Source of the DNA: Vicugna vicugna
Taxonomy: Eukaryota
Assembly: GCA_013265495.1 (NCBI GenBank)
Contig: MU057651.1
Coordinates: 2,582,948 to 2,646,947 of the forward strand
Reading direction: 5' to 3'
DNA: 64,000 nt
Shown: positions 1 to 12,254 of the stretch, piece after piece
Numbering within the stretch: position 1 is the first letter of the stretch
Layout: every line of letters begins with the position of its first letter
Position numbers and translations under genes: made by a program
Notes under the pieces: generated by a model
What the model was told of the DNA's origin: nothing
Database searches by the model: none
What the model saw: the letters and a program-made list of their open reading frames with translations, nothing else

Positions 1-2864
1 TTACGGATTTTCTCTAGCTTCTTCAAAAGTATTTTTGAACACTTTTGTATCTTTTCTATCCAAAAGAGAAAATATAATTTTCTACTGATATAAGTTACAA
101 ATTTTTTTTTTTTTTGAGGTCTAGTCAGTCTACAATGTTGTGTCGGTTTCCAGCACCATGCTTCAGTCACACATGCATCTTATCTTGGCTTGCTTCAGTG
201 GACTGGGTTTAGGACCGAATTCTCTGGATCCCTTCACTCCCACGGTTCACGGTTTCACAATCTCACACGTCACATCCAATAGTTATGTTCTTAGTATGTA
301 CCGGAGTGATTTAACAGGGTAACATTAAAATTAAGATTTTTTTTTCCCTTCCTTGGAAACTGGTTTTTAAGGAGGTGAGCATTTGACGTGCACAATCTCC
401 CCAGGGCCACACTTCAAACTTGGCCCCAGCAGCCCCCCGAGAGCTCCTCCCAGGACAGGTGCCCGGCAGCATCCTTTGGGGGCAGTGGCGGCCCTCCAGC
501 CTCGCCAGCCCGGGGCCCAGGCACCGTGTGTGCGCCCAGGTTAGACTCCAGGCAGGACAGGAGAGGGTGCCTGGAGAGGCGGCCCCAGTAGCGGGACAGA
601 GCTGGGTCCCCCCCAGCCCATCGGCCCCATCCGGGAGAGCCAAGACGTACCCGGGGCTCAAGAGAGATGTCACATGCTGTATTTGCCCTTCATCCAAAAT
701 AGGCACATCCTCTCCGGCACAGCTCAGCTCTGCAGCTACAAAACCCCTGAGCAGGAAGGATGCCGTCCCACGCTCTGAAGTCCATACCCCGCCCCAAAAT
801 TTAAAAAACAAACAAACACCCAGAGACCACAGCTGGGGGCTGACCCACCAGCTGGGGAAGTGACGTGTGGGGAAGACTTCACCGCTGTTCACAGGGCGCA
901 CTTAACAACCCCCCCAGGTAGCTGCGCAAAAAGCTCTACCCAAACCAATTAGACAGACCGAATGGGGGCGCGGAAACACGAGGCTGCGAGGGGTGCAGAT
1001 TCAATTACGAGACCTTCCTGCCGTGGGGTCTTGAGCCGTCAGCAGTACAGACGCCCACGGGAACCCAGCCCTGCGGGGTCGTTGGGGAAACACTGCATCG
1101 CTCCCTTCCTGTTTGATCCACTCAGGAGCCCTTCGCAGCCTGAGGTCTCCCAGCCGCAGGGACCCCCCCCTTCCCCCGGAGGAAGCTGCCGAGCATCACA
1201 GCAGAACATCCATCAGGCCGACGGAGAATCTGCAGAAACTGGTACAGTGAGGTCTCCCCATATGTCTCCTCGAGGTTCCCCTCTCCATCTGCCCCAGCTG
1301 CTCCGTCCCATCCTCATCCTCTGTCCCTGTCTGTCTACGGGTCAGTGGGCCCCTGACCCCTCGCTGCGTGGTTCCTGAAGACAGGAACAGTCTCTTTCCT
1401 CAGCACAGCCGAGGGTCAAGATCGGGAAATCCCGTGGACACACCACCACCGGCGGATTTACAGGTCCCATCCCATCCAGCCCCTGTCCAACTAGGGTCCT
1501 TCTAAGAGCAGGCGGCAGAGGCCCTTCTGGGTTCAGGATCCCTTCGGGGACCCCTTCAGCTATCTCACCTGCTTGGCCTCTGTCAGCTGGACAGCATCTC
1601 CGATTTGGCTGTCCTGTGGTTTTGTTTTCTGGGTGTGGGATGTGGAGACGCATGCCCGGGACCCTGCCGGCCACTGTGACTGGGACACTCCCTCGGGGGT
1701 CACCCTTCCGGAGCGGGGACCATGGGAAGGTGGAGCTGTGCTGCAGAGCTGACGGGCGCACCCCGGGTCTGCGGCCCGACGCCACTCTCATGCCGAGGTC
1801 CGCACCGCAATCCATCCCCATAGCCCCACTTCGATCCCTGAGCTGCACGTGGAACAGCATGGGGAACCTGACATGCAGGTGGTCCAGAGTCTCCTCCTTC
1901 TCCTCTGTGGGCACCACAAGGGACACATCTGGAAACAGTCCTGGGACAGCCAGAGACTGCCAAGGCCACTGCAAGGCGTCCAGATCCAAGAGGCTGCATG
2001 TTCAACCACTGAGACAGGACAGGGCCAGGAGGGCTCTCCCGTGTCCCCCCCCACAGCCCCTGTCCCTTGCTGTCCCTGCAGCTGAGCGCCTGGGCAGGGA
2101 GGGCCACCCCCGCTGGGGGACAGCAGGCTTCCAAAGCCACTGTGTGCTGCCTTCACAGACGGAGACACATGACGTTGCATCTACTTGGACTGGAAGCGGA
2201 TGATAAGATACAGAGGGGACTGGAGTAAACTAGGGGTGCGTGGAGACAGCGCCAGTGTCTCTGACTCGGGCCTGTGTGAAGTTGGCGCTCAGGGCCACCC
2301 CTGCCCTCCCCGGCTCCGGCTGCAGGGCGAGAGATGCTTTCTGCAAAGGTGCCGCCCGTGACCGACATGCTCTCCCATCTGTACCCGAGAAGGGTTTTCT
2401 CGACAAAACCGAACCCCAAGAATCCCAGGGTCTACAAATGGGATGCCAGGAAACGGTTGCTCTGATTCACAAGAGTCCCTGTGCTGAGATCACAAGGCGG
2501 GAGCCATTTGGGGCGAGGAAAAAAAAAAGCCATATTAGTCATTAGGGTTTGGTTCTCCATCGAGGGCCAAAAATAAATTTACCAGCAGAGGCTGTCCACT
2601 TAGAGCTGTTCCAAACGGGGCCACGTCTGTGTTCTTTTTTTCCTAGAAATGCCGAACTTGGCTGCAAGGCATCTGGCGGGGTGGGGGGAGGATGTTTACT
2701 GAACTCTCTCTGAAGACACCCAAGACGCAACATGCTGCACTTGGTTTCCTCCACTGAGTCTTACTCTTCTGTTTTTAAAAACACTCAAATTGCTTTTTCT
2801 TCTTGCTTATTAGGAGACTGAGGTGAGAACCCAAGAAAAGAACAGAAACGCTATGGAGAGATCC

Positions 2865-3215
2865 AAAATAGATAGACAGCAAGGTCCTGCTGTGGGGGAG
2901 CTTGGGGACCCACATTCAGTTCCTCGTAACAGCCCATAATGAAAAAGATTATGAAAAGGAACATATACAGGTATATACATGTAACTGATTCACTGTGCCG
3001 GACCCCAGAAATTAACACAACAGGGAAAACGGACAATTCTTCAGTTAAAAACAAAAAATCAGTAACCGAGGTCCTGCCGTATAGTAATCTCCTGTAACAA
3101 GCCACGGGAAAAAGTGTACGCCTACATAAAAGTGAATCACTCTGCTGTACATCGGGAATTGACCCAACATCGTAAATTAACTACCTCAATAAATTTTTTT
3201 TTTTTAATAAAAGAA
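2865..3215 (+). mobile_element. Two head-to-tail LINE-1 3' end fragments
   Basis: Both 2865-3058 and 3068-3215 align by eye to the L1 tail at 45940-46110 (aaggtcct...tgaatcact.tgctgtac...gaaatt.acacaac...A tail). Confidence 0.75.
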
Positions 3216-5165
3216 AAGCTACGGATGGAGGGAGAAGCAGACTCCAGGCAGGCAGGTGCCATGCGGGACAGGAAGGGGAGGCCGGGGCTGCAGGCCTGGA
3301 CTGGGGCGTGGGGGGCCGGCCGGAGCGGGTGTAGACACCGCAGAAAGGCCACGGCCGGCCGCGGGGACGCTGTATGGGAGCTTCTGGTTAGCGTCCTTCA
3401 TGACTGTGGGAAAGCTTGGACCCAGCTGGGAGCCGGCAGGGTGGCCACAGCACGAAACCCCTTCCACCAAGACTGAAAGGTCTGGTAGATCCTTTCCAAC
3501 CTCTTAATTTCGTAACACTTTGCCTTAAATTGCAGGGACATGACACACGGAGAGACCACAGAATGGAACTGAAGTCCCCTCGTGACTGTGCACCGGCTTT
3601 GGCAAAAGCACAGACATGCAGGTCCGGGCATGGGATGAGCTGTGGTCTGAACCACGGACACAGGCAGAAATGCGGGTGTGCCGTCTCGTGCATTTAAGAC
3701 ACTGCCAGGAACGGTAATCCGGCCAGAAGTTCACCTGCTGGTTCTTCACCTTTTCCTAAAGAAACGTCAAGTCGGGGCACCTGTAAGAATGAGCAGGTTA
3801 GGCGCTGGGCGAGGTGGGAGGTTTCCTCTAATGAGGCCACATGTCACCGCGGCCTCGGTCCCTCCCCGAGTGGCTCTGCGCTCTCTCGCTTTATGGGCAA
3901 AGCCAGAGCTAAATGCCAACCAGCAGGCTCGGGTTTGCAAATATTAAGAAATAAACGAACCGCGGTTGTTTTAGCATTTATATAATGCAATGAGAGACAC
4001 AGAAAAGCCAGGAAGACAGACGACCCTGAAACATGATGTGTGAGCTGGGGCCGGGCAGGGCGGGGCCAAGGCGGGGACGTGGGGACAGCATCGCAGGGGA
4101 CAGGGCGGAGCCAGGACGCCAGATCCAGGGCTGGGCCGTGTTTGAGGGCCCCCCCACCGTGTCCAGTGTCCACTTTTCCACCACTTTGGAGCTCCTGACG
4201 GGACACTGACGACAGCTGCCCCCATCACGGTCTGCCCCCGAGACTGGACGGGCAGTTCGAGGCTGCCCAGCTCTGGTACCCGCGGCACAAAGGGAACGCA
4301 CAGTCGGGGAGGTGAGAAGTCCGATGGACCAAGATCCATCGCTCTGAGTCAGGCAGGAAACCATGAGGGACACCAGTTTCCCCAGCAGCGCCGAGGGCAC
4401 GCACCCTCCTGGGCGCCGGTCCCAGCGGGCTGGGGGAATCCGAGCGACAGAAGGCAGACGCCGATTTGATGTTCTTGTGGGAAGCGAACGCCCATCCCAA
4501 GAAAAACATCAGGCAGGATTCCTGGGTTCCCTGATTCTGTTCACAGTGTCCGACAGCCCAAGGGGGAGGAGGCCGGGCTTCGTGCCAACGGCTGTGAGAG
4601 CCAGGGAACATTTCCACGGTCTTATTTTAGGATGGGTAACGCTGTAAACAACCCCGGTGCCCAGGCCGCAGACGGCTCGTCTAGACCCTGATGTGAAGCA
4701 GAAGGTCACCAGGGAGGCAGACAGCCCAGATGTGCTCGGCCCATGTGACCAGGGCTGAGGCCCGGCCAGCGCTGGCTCCCGGACAGGGACACTCGCCTCA
4801 CCTCCCGGGTGCTGAAGCTGGGACACCGCCGCCTGCGCCGGGGCATGAGGTCAGGGCGCCAGCAGCTGCTGGGGAGCTGGCGAGCGGGAGGAGACACGTG
4901 TCCCCGCCAAGGGCGCCCACCCCGTGAGGTTACCAGAGAAAGAGGGTTTGCGGCTGATCGAGCCTCGAGGACATCAAAGGCAGAAAAGTCAAGGGAGTGG
5001 AGGGGAGTGATGCTGGCAGAGGTGCTTGCTGGAGACAAAGAATGCAAGGTCCCAGGAAGGGCCAAGTTTTGTGGCTAAAATCACAGGTGCCAGATCTGGA
5101 TGTCAGGTCCCCCTTCCCCTCGGTCCCCAGCCCCTGGCTCACATCTCAGCTCCACTGCTCATACC

Positions 5166-5335
5166 GGGTTCCCTCCTCCCAGCTCCACCACCTACATGGA
5201 GCCCCCAGCCTCACACGCACACTGGGTTCCCTCCTCCCAGCTCCACCATCTACACTGCATTCCCCCGCAACCCCACCACTCACACTGGGTCACGTCCCAG
5301 CTTCACCGCCTACAGCTGGGCCTCAGTTTCCCAAA
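5166..5335. repeat. About 58-63 nt tandem repeat, three units
   Basis: gggttccctcctcccagctccacca... at 5166, 5224 and (degenerate) 5287. Confidence 0.85.
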
Positions 5336-6149
5336 TGCAGATCAGACGTAACATTTGCGTCTCAGGTTTGTTTGGTGGAGTAAATGCACTCATATAAATA
5401 CGACAGACACACAGACCACTCAGCATCTGGCGCACAGGTCACTCAGTGAACGTGAGACGCTCTGCCATCACCTCTGTCGGGCAGGGCATCGCTAACTCCC
5501 CCGAAGCCTGCAGCCCACCCGCGCCCAGGCCGTGCCAACTAGGAGTCACAGAGCCGCCAGCCTGCTCCCCTGACAAGGTGGCTCCTGGCGATCGGACCTC
5601 CGACAGCTCACTGGAACTCTGCCTCAGTGTCCCCCACCCCTCGGGGTCGGGGAGAGCAGCTGTATTATGGACACCTGGGTCTTGCTTCACAATAGAAGGT
5701 GGCTGTCACCTTCAGGGTCAAGTGAAAACTCCTCTCCCCTGAGGAGATGAGATTCAAAGCCAGGAATGTTACAAGGACGCTCCTCCAAGCCTCCTCTGGT
5801 CCTGGCGCTCAGGGAAGCCCGGTGTTCATGGCCCCGTTTATCCAGATGAAGATACCGGGCTGACATTTTTTCAGAGAACTAAAATTCATCTTTAGGCACC
5901 AAATGATTTGCATTATTATTACTTTTTAACCATTTTTATGAGACTCTTTCTATAACATATAAACAGCCTGTAATGCCCCTGATCTAGGCGGAATTTGGGC
6001 CAATACGTTAAAAAGTCTCACAAAGCAACAAGTACAGAAGAACCAGGGAAAAAAAAACAAATCCACTGGGCCCTCCAGCCTCCCACAGGTGGAATCAACA
6101 CGTCCACACCCCAGCAGCCGGGTGCTCAAACTCGGGCCCAGGGGCTCAC

Positions 6150-6291
6150 CTGCTTGGCGACGTCCTGGCGGGGAGGTAAGGAGCCGGGCGCGAGCACAGG
6201 GGGGCTCTCCAGGCCACAGAGCTCGGGGAAGGGGTTGGGGATGGCCGGCAGGGACGAGGTCCTGAACTGCTGGTCCTCCTCCTGCAGGCGC
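6150..6291 (-). CDS. GRB10: GRB10 coding exon 4, proline-rich region ([47 protein letters not shown])
   Basis: Contains the GRB7/10/14 family motif P(S/A)IPNPFPEL. Acceptor tctctgccctcccag|G, donor CAG|GTGAGC. 142 nt, phase 2 to phase 0. Confidence 0.97.
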
Positions 6292-6475
6292 CTGGGAGGG
6301 CAGAGACAAGGGCTCATTAAAGGCTGATGCGCTCAGGGTCCGGCAGCCCCGCTTCTGGGAAAATGAATGAACATGAATGAAAAACCTGAAAGAGAGACTC
6401 CAAGAGATGTCTGCACACCCGTGTTCACCCTGCGCTGCTCCAAACACTCGGAAGGTGAAGCAGCCAAGTGACCAT

Positions 6476-6600
6476 GGCTTCCCTCCTCCCAGCTCCACCA
6501 CCTACACCAGGGCCCCAGTCTCACACACACACTGGGTTCCCTCCTCCCAGCTCCACAACCTACACGGGGCCCCCCAGCCTCACACACACACCAGGTTCCG
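6476..6600. repeat. Two further units of the same about 58-nt repeat
   Basis: gg(c/g)ttccctcctcccagctccac.acctacac...ccccag.ctcacacacacac twice. Confidence 0.85.
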
Positions 6601-6639
6601 TGAGCCGCCACGGAGTGATACCACATTCTCCCACATCTG

Positions 6640-6935
6640 GTATCAACACGCAATGGGCTACAACTCAGCCTGAACAAACCCTGCAGGGGACCACTTCATT
6701 GAGGTCCCCGGATGTGTCACATTCCTGGGGACAGGAAAGGGATGGAGGGTGCCGACTGGGGACCAGGCAGTTGGGGTTTAAGGGCTGCAGAGTTTCAATT
6801 CTGCAAGATGAGAGAGTCCGGGATTTGGTTGCATGACAATGTGAATGTTCTCAGCGCTAAGCAAGTAGACACTCAACATGGCCGAGACGGTCAATTTTAT
6901 GCTGAGCGTACTTTACTACAACTAAAAAAAAAAAT
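6640..6935 (+). mobile_element. Old L1 (L1MB-like) 3' end
   Basis: gggctgcagagtttcaattctgcaagatga...gacaatgtgaatgttct...ttttactacaac plus A tail. Confidence 0.75.
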
Positions 6936-8104
6936 CTTAAAAAACCCCCAAAAAACCTCTGACATTCTCAGACCCAAAGGGTATATAGATTTCCAACTTC
7001 GCGGGACACCCAGGGGACAAGTGGTGGCTCACGCCACAAGTGCCACTCCGCGCGTGACGCGGCCTCGGCACCCCCTTCCAAGAGCTTCCTCAGTTTTGTT
7101 CAGTGAACCCCTGAAGCGGTTTTGTGTGTCAAAAGCATTTTGCACAAGAGCAACTATTTTTCAGTGACCCTGCAATGAACACTTGTCTCACCCAGTGAAA
7201 ATGTTCGAAGAGGCTGTCCTTATCTGAATAGTGAGACGAACGCTTATGTGCACGCAAAGGACGTCGATGTGGAATTAGTCGGAGATAAACGCTTGCTGGA
7301 GCCAGTGTCTGGGCACCTCTGAAACGGCCCCCTGCACCCCGCTCACGTCCCCGAGAGCCACGTCTGAACTTGCATCAGACCGTCCCCTCTCTGGCACGTC
7401 TCCAGGGCCACCCCCTACCTCCTTCCCAGCATCAAACCTCACTGGTCACACAAGAGGCCAGACACACAGGATGACGGATCAGATAGTTATGCAAACAGCA
7501 GAAAAGCGAAGCTCAGTGTCAAAGCCAAAAACGATGCAGCGTGCTCTGTGTTTCCGCTCCCCGGAGTCCTGCCCACGTGTCCAGGCTCTCCTGGGAGGGG
7601 AGCCCCTCCGGCCACCCTGGACATCGCTGCCCAGGGCACAGACGCCCCGAGCTGCAGCAGTTTGGCCCCTGACCTCGCTCCGCATCCCCAGCCCTGCTCC
7701 TAACACACCCCTCCCGAACCCCTCATGTAGCCTGCGTCTTCACACTTTGGGGACTAAATCAGTGATCCACTGGCTTCCTTGGGAGATTTGCCCCTAGAGG
7801 CACAGCGGCTGCAATTCGCCAGACAATGTGCCGGAGAGCTTGCTTTTAATGCGAACAAATCCCACCCCTTCGGTAACAGCTTCCTGGTGGCCTCCAAGGG
7901 GGTCCCCTGTCACACTCAGAGCGCCAGGGCGGGAGACGCAGCCACGCTCCGCTCTCGGGACCTTCCAGCCCAAAGCTGCCGCGCCCCCGGCACCCACGAA
8001 GGATGAGTTTTCCTTTGCTCCGAATCACAGCACCCGAAGCTGGCTTTCTGACATCCTGGCTGTCCATGGAAGCTTCTCTCTTTAGTACGTCGTCTTGAGC
8101 CTTT

Positions 8105-8410
8105 TTAAAAAAGTCCTGCGCTAAGTCACAGAGGCCAGACACAGAAGGCCACCTGTCACCCGATTCCATTTGTAGGATGCATCCAGCTTAGATACACCCA
8201 CAGCTCGGAGGGCAGATGGCTGGCGGCCAGGGCCGCGGGGAGGGGGAGCCTGCTGAGTGGGCAGGGTGCCTCGGCCGTGATGGAGATGCTCTGGGCCCAG
8301 ATGGAGGGCGTGTCCGGAGGGCGCCCAATGCCCCGGAACATACCCTTTACAGGGATACAGTTTGTGCTGCAGGAATGTCACCTCAACAAGGGATTTTAAA
8401 AATTGGAGGA
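8105..8410 (+). mobile_element. Old L1 (L1MB/MC-like) 3' end
   Basis: gctaagt...aggccagacacagaaggccacct...gattccattt...cacctcaacaag. Confidence 0.65.
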
Positions 8411-8908
8411 AAAAAGTCGCATGTTCACATGTATCATCCAAAGCAAAGCTAAGGGACGTGAGACAAAGCTGAACACAGTCCCATCTGAGAGGCTGGCAGT
8501 CAAAGCTCACACCGGTCCGTCCACACTCAGAGATGTGGGGAGCAGAGCTGAGGGGCGGGGTCAGGGACAAGGTCCGTCCAGGTGACAACACGACCGCTGC
8601 CCTTCCCCTCACTGCAGCGCCCCCACCTCCTTCAGCACCGTAGCCTCCTCCAGGAAGCCCTCTCACTGCTTCCACCGTCTGCTCGGCTCTTGCCCTGTCT
8701 GAACTCCCTTCAGATGTGTGACAAGCTCCGGGGCATCCTCTCCAGGACAGCCCCTGCTCCTTGGGCCCCTGACCTGAGTCCGCATCTGGGCTCCCCACTC
8801 ACCAGGTGTGGGCCAAGGCACCGCCTCCTGAGAACTGAGGGTCACCACACCACCCACCTTGTATGGCTGCAGTGACTGTCACATCGGCCAATATATGAGG
8901 ACTCAACA

Positions 8909-9427
8909 GATCAGCACACACAGAAAGTGATCAGCACACATGGGAGGTGCTCAGAACACATAGGAAGTGCCCTGCACACGTGGAGGTGCTCAGCACACAC
9001 AAGAAGTGCCCTGCACACGTGGGAGGTGCTCAGCACACACAAGAAGTGCCCTGCACACATGGGAGGTGCTCAGCACACACAGGAAGTACCCTGCACATAT
9101 GGGAGGTGATTAATGGGAGGTAACTGACATACACGGGACATGCTTGGCACACATAGAAAGTGTCAGCACACACAGGAAGTGATCAGCGCACATGGGAGGT
9201 GCTCAGCACACACAAGAAGTGCCCTGCACACATGGGAGGTGGCTGACCTACATGGTACGTACTTGGCACACACAGGAAGTGATCAGCACACATGGGAGGT
9301 GCTCAGCACACACAGAAAGTAATCAGCACACACAGAAAGTGCTCAGTACACAAGGCAGTGATCAGTACACACAGGAGGTGCTCTGCACACACAGAAAGTG
9401 CTCAGCATACACAGAAAGTGCTCAGCA
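8909..9427. repeat. Minisatellite, about 20-nt unit with about 40-nt higher-order period
   Basis: Alternating tcagcacacacaggaagtgc / cctgcacacatgggaggtgc. Confidence 0.92.
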
Positions 9428-10112
9428 GACCTGACAGAGGCCCAAGACGTATTGCACTGCACATCCTCCGGCCAGAGAGCCCCGGAAGGTGGCAGGTGTC
9501 AAGCTCTCAACGATCCTCACCTGAACCCACCAGAGCCCATGCAGACCTGGGAGAGGCACGGGCAGTTTCTCAGCTGAGCTTCACAAACATCTCCACCCAA
9601 AGGTCTCTGATGCCACCATCACCCTCTTCACAAGCACTGCCAGCTAACTTCTCGCCTATCCGCCCGCCCGGGCAGAGAGGTGCCCTGGACACTGTCCCCA
9701 CAATCCCCCAATCCACGTGCCAACAAATCTATCATCTCCGCTTTAAAATCCCAGATCAGGATGCCACTGCTCTGGGCTGGGCCCTGAAGCAGCTTCCAAA
9801 TCCCACTGCCCCCGACCCCAAGATGCCAGAGCTACTCACCAAAACCCAAATCCAACCCCCCTCGCCTGTTCAAACCCCTTCCCGGTCTCACCCCTCGGAA
9901 GGGCTCTGGGACATGGCCCCAGCCTGTCACACTATATGTTCTAACTGCCTCTGCGGAGGGATGACGGATGCACAAAAAACGTGCGTCTGTAATAAGCACC
10001 CCCTGGACCAGTTTAAAGATAAGGACACAGAGGGACCACCTCCAGTCTTGCCATAAACATGTCCACCCCTTCCACACGCCTACTCCTACCCTCTTCATGT
10101 ATTATTATTATT

Positions 10113-10246
10113 TTAAAAATATTCTTGGTTGTTTTTTGGGGGGAGAGGTTTTCTTTAAATTTTTTTAGAGAAGGTTCTGGGGATTGAACCCAGGACCTCC
10201 TGTATGCTGAGCATGTGCTCTGCCACTTGAGTTATACCCTCCCCCC
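10113..10246 (-). mobile_element. Vic-1-type tRNA-derived camelid SINE
   Basis: Minus strand reads ggggagggtataactcaagtggcagagcacatgctcagcat...gtcctgggttcaatcccca plus A tail. TSD gtattattattatt at 10099-10112 and 10247-10260. Confidence 0.88.
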
Positions 10247-10269
10247 GTATTATTATTATTACTATTATT

Positions 10270-10668
10270 ATTATTAGTGTGTGTGTGTGTGATCAGAACA
10301 CTCCACATACGAGCTGGCCCCTCGGCAAACTGTTCAGCACACGACACTGCACCGGTGATGGGCCCAGGACCTGCCCACCTTGTAAAACTGAAATTCTGCA
10401 CCCTCTGACCCGCCCCACCCATCCGCCTCCCCCAGGCCCTGGCAACCACGCTCCACTCTCTGTATCCATGCATTTGGCTGTTTCAGGCTCCTTGGGGACG
10501 TGGAGCCATGTGGTACTTGTCCTCCTCTGCCGGTCTGATTTACTGAGCACACTGTCCACGGGGTCCCAGGTCGGATGAAGGGATGGATAAAATGTACACA
10601 CGTATGATGGAATATTATTCTGCCATAAAAAAGGAAGAGGGTCCTGCCCATTTCGACAACAGGGATCA
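10270..10668 (-). mobile_element. L1 (L1MA-like) 3' region with inverted 5' segment (about 10570-10668)
   Basis: 10270-10565 reads as L1 3' UTR on the minus strand. 10570-10668 (atggaatattattctgccataaaaaaggaag...cgacaac) is the adjacent upstream L1 segment on the plus strand. Confidence 0.7.
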
Positions 10669-11132
10669 TGTCTTTGGCTCATGAAATCTCTTCTCCCATC
10701 CCTCAGCCCCTGCTCACCCTTCAGCACCCAATTCAGAGAGCCGCCACCTCCAGGGAGCCCTCCGCCCCTTCCCAGAGGCCTCCCACAGCCCCAGGATTTC
10801 CACAGAGGCTGTGTGTCCTCCGCTTTATGCCCTGGGAATGTGACCACATGTCTGAGGCTGCCCGTTTCTGATCAGTCCCAGGTCCCCAGGCCCCACTCTG
10901 GGCAACTGCCTGCCCAGCCCTGCTCTCATTTTTTCCAGAACATTCTCCTCTGCACATCCCACCAACTTGGCCCAGAGCAAGTGCTCATTAAAGTGACCTG
11001 AATCAAACCAGGTACCAGGTCCATCCTAGGGCCGCTGTGCTGGACAGAGAAAAGGACTGGGTCTGGGGGTAGAGCATGGTACTGGGACCCTGACGTGCTC
11101 TGTGCTCCGGGAGGGGGTGCCCCGGGGCCCAC

Positions 11133-11352
11133 CTGGCGGCGAGGATGTGCACGGGCTGGGAACGCTGCACCTTCTGCCGCGGGGACAGCTGCGGCTGGAT
11201 GCACCTGGCTGCAGAGGGCGGCGGCGGACCACGGGTGTGCTGGCCGTTCTGCAGGAGGGGCGTCGTCTCCGACTGCATGCCACACGCCGAGCACAGACTC
11301 TCCAAGGACAGGCTCATGTCATTCACGAGGGCCTCCAGGTCCACGTCATCCT
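11133..11352 (-). CDS. GRB10: GRB10 coding exon 3 ([21 protein letters not shown]...[10 protein letters not shown])
   Basis: Matches GRB10 [13 protein letters not shown]...QRSQPVHIL. Long polypyrimidine tract then gcacag|AG, donor CAG|GTGGGC. 220 nt, phase 1 to phase 2. Contains the internal Met corresponding to the start of short human isoforms. Confidence 0.97.
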
Positions 11353-11844
11353 CTGTGCATCAGAAAGGAGAAGAAAAGAAAAAAAAGAAACCTTAGCAGC
11401 AGTGAGGTCACAGAGCTGGACCCCCACCCCAACCTCAGCTGGCGGATCACAGGTCCACAATGAGCCCTGAGTGGGGCCGATCAGGGCTGCTCCCTTCCCT
11501 GAGGTTCCAGAAGACAAGCATCCAGTGGGAACGGAACAGCATCGGACACTGACAGCAGCCTGGCCTGCTAAGGCCACCGAGTGGACGGGCTCCCTGGGCG
11601 GCCACTGATGGAACATGCAGCCCCCAGCTGCCCCTCCTCCGCCCTCGACTGGCCCGAGGCTCCGAAGGGTCATTTTACACATCAGCTTGGCCGGAACACA
11701 GTACCCAGAGTCAGTCCATCTTCATCCCAGACGTTTCTGTGAAAATGTTTTTTTTTTTTTCTTAAGTTAAATCGTGCCTGCTAAACTGAGCACGCGCTCC
11801 ACCACTGAGCGATTTCCCTCCCGTCATTTTTAGCTGAGGGTAAC

Positions 11845-12066
11845 ATTTAAACCAGCAGACTGTGAGCGAGGGGAGGTGAAGGCCTTGAGAGAAGACCGAG
11901 GATCCCCGAGGAAGAGGGGACTCGGCCTGCAATCTCCAACTGCGGCCCCTGCTGGGTCTCCAGCCGGCCACCTGTCCTGCGGACAGCGGATGTGCGAGCC
12001 AGCGCCTTAAAGTCACCACCCCCACGTACAGACACATGCACGGCCCGCCTGTTCCGTTTCTGGTGG
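11845..12066 (+). mobile_element. MLT2-like ERVL LTR fragment
   Basis: taacatttaaaccagcagact...gaaggcct...ctgggtctccagcc...ccttaaa...gttccgtttctggt resembles MLT2. Confidence 0.6.
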
Positions 12067-12254
12067 TCGGTCACTTTTTAACAACATGGCAAATACAACC
12101 TAGGCTGCGTTGGTCACAAGTCACGCAATCACAGTCCCCAGCAGCCTAAGTGATGCGCATGGAACAAACAAGGGGCTCAGAGCTCACCCTACCGGAGGGG
12201 ACCAGCCCCTACTGGGCAGGAAGGGAGAGCAGAGGACACCTGCTGCCACGGCCA

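Noticed and set aside
1..6149. Next GRB10 exon (DVKVFSEDG..., RA domain)
   Set aside because: Not seen; presumably lies beyond the left edge of the window.
8909..9427. CRISPR-like array
   Set aside because: No unique spacers, degenerate tandem units, mammalian context, no cas genes.
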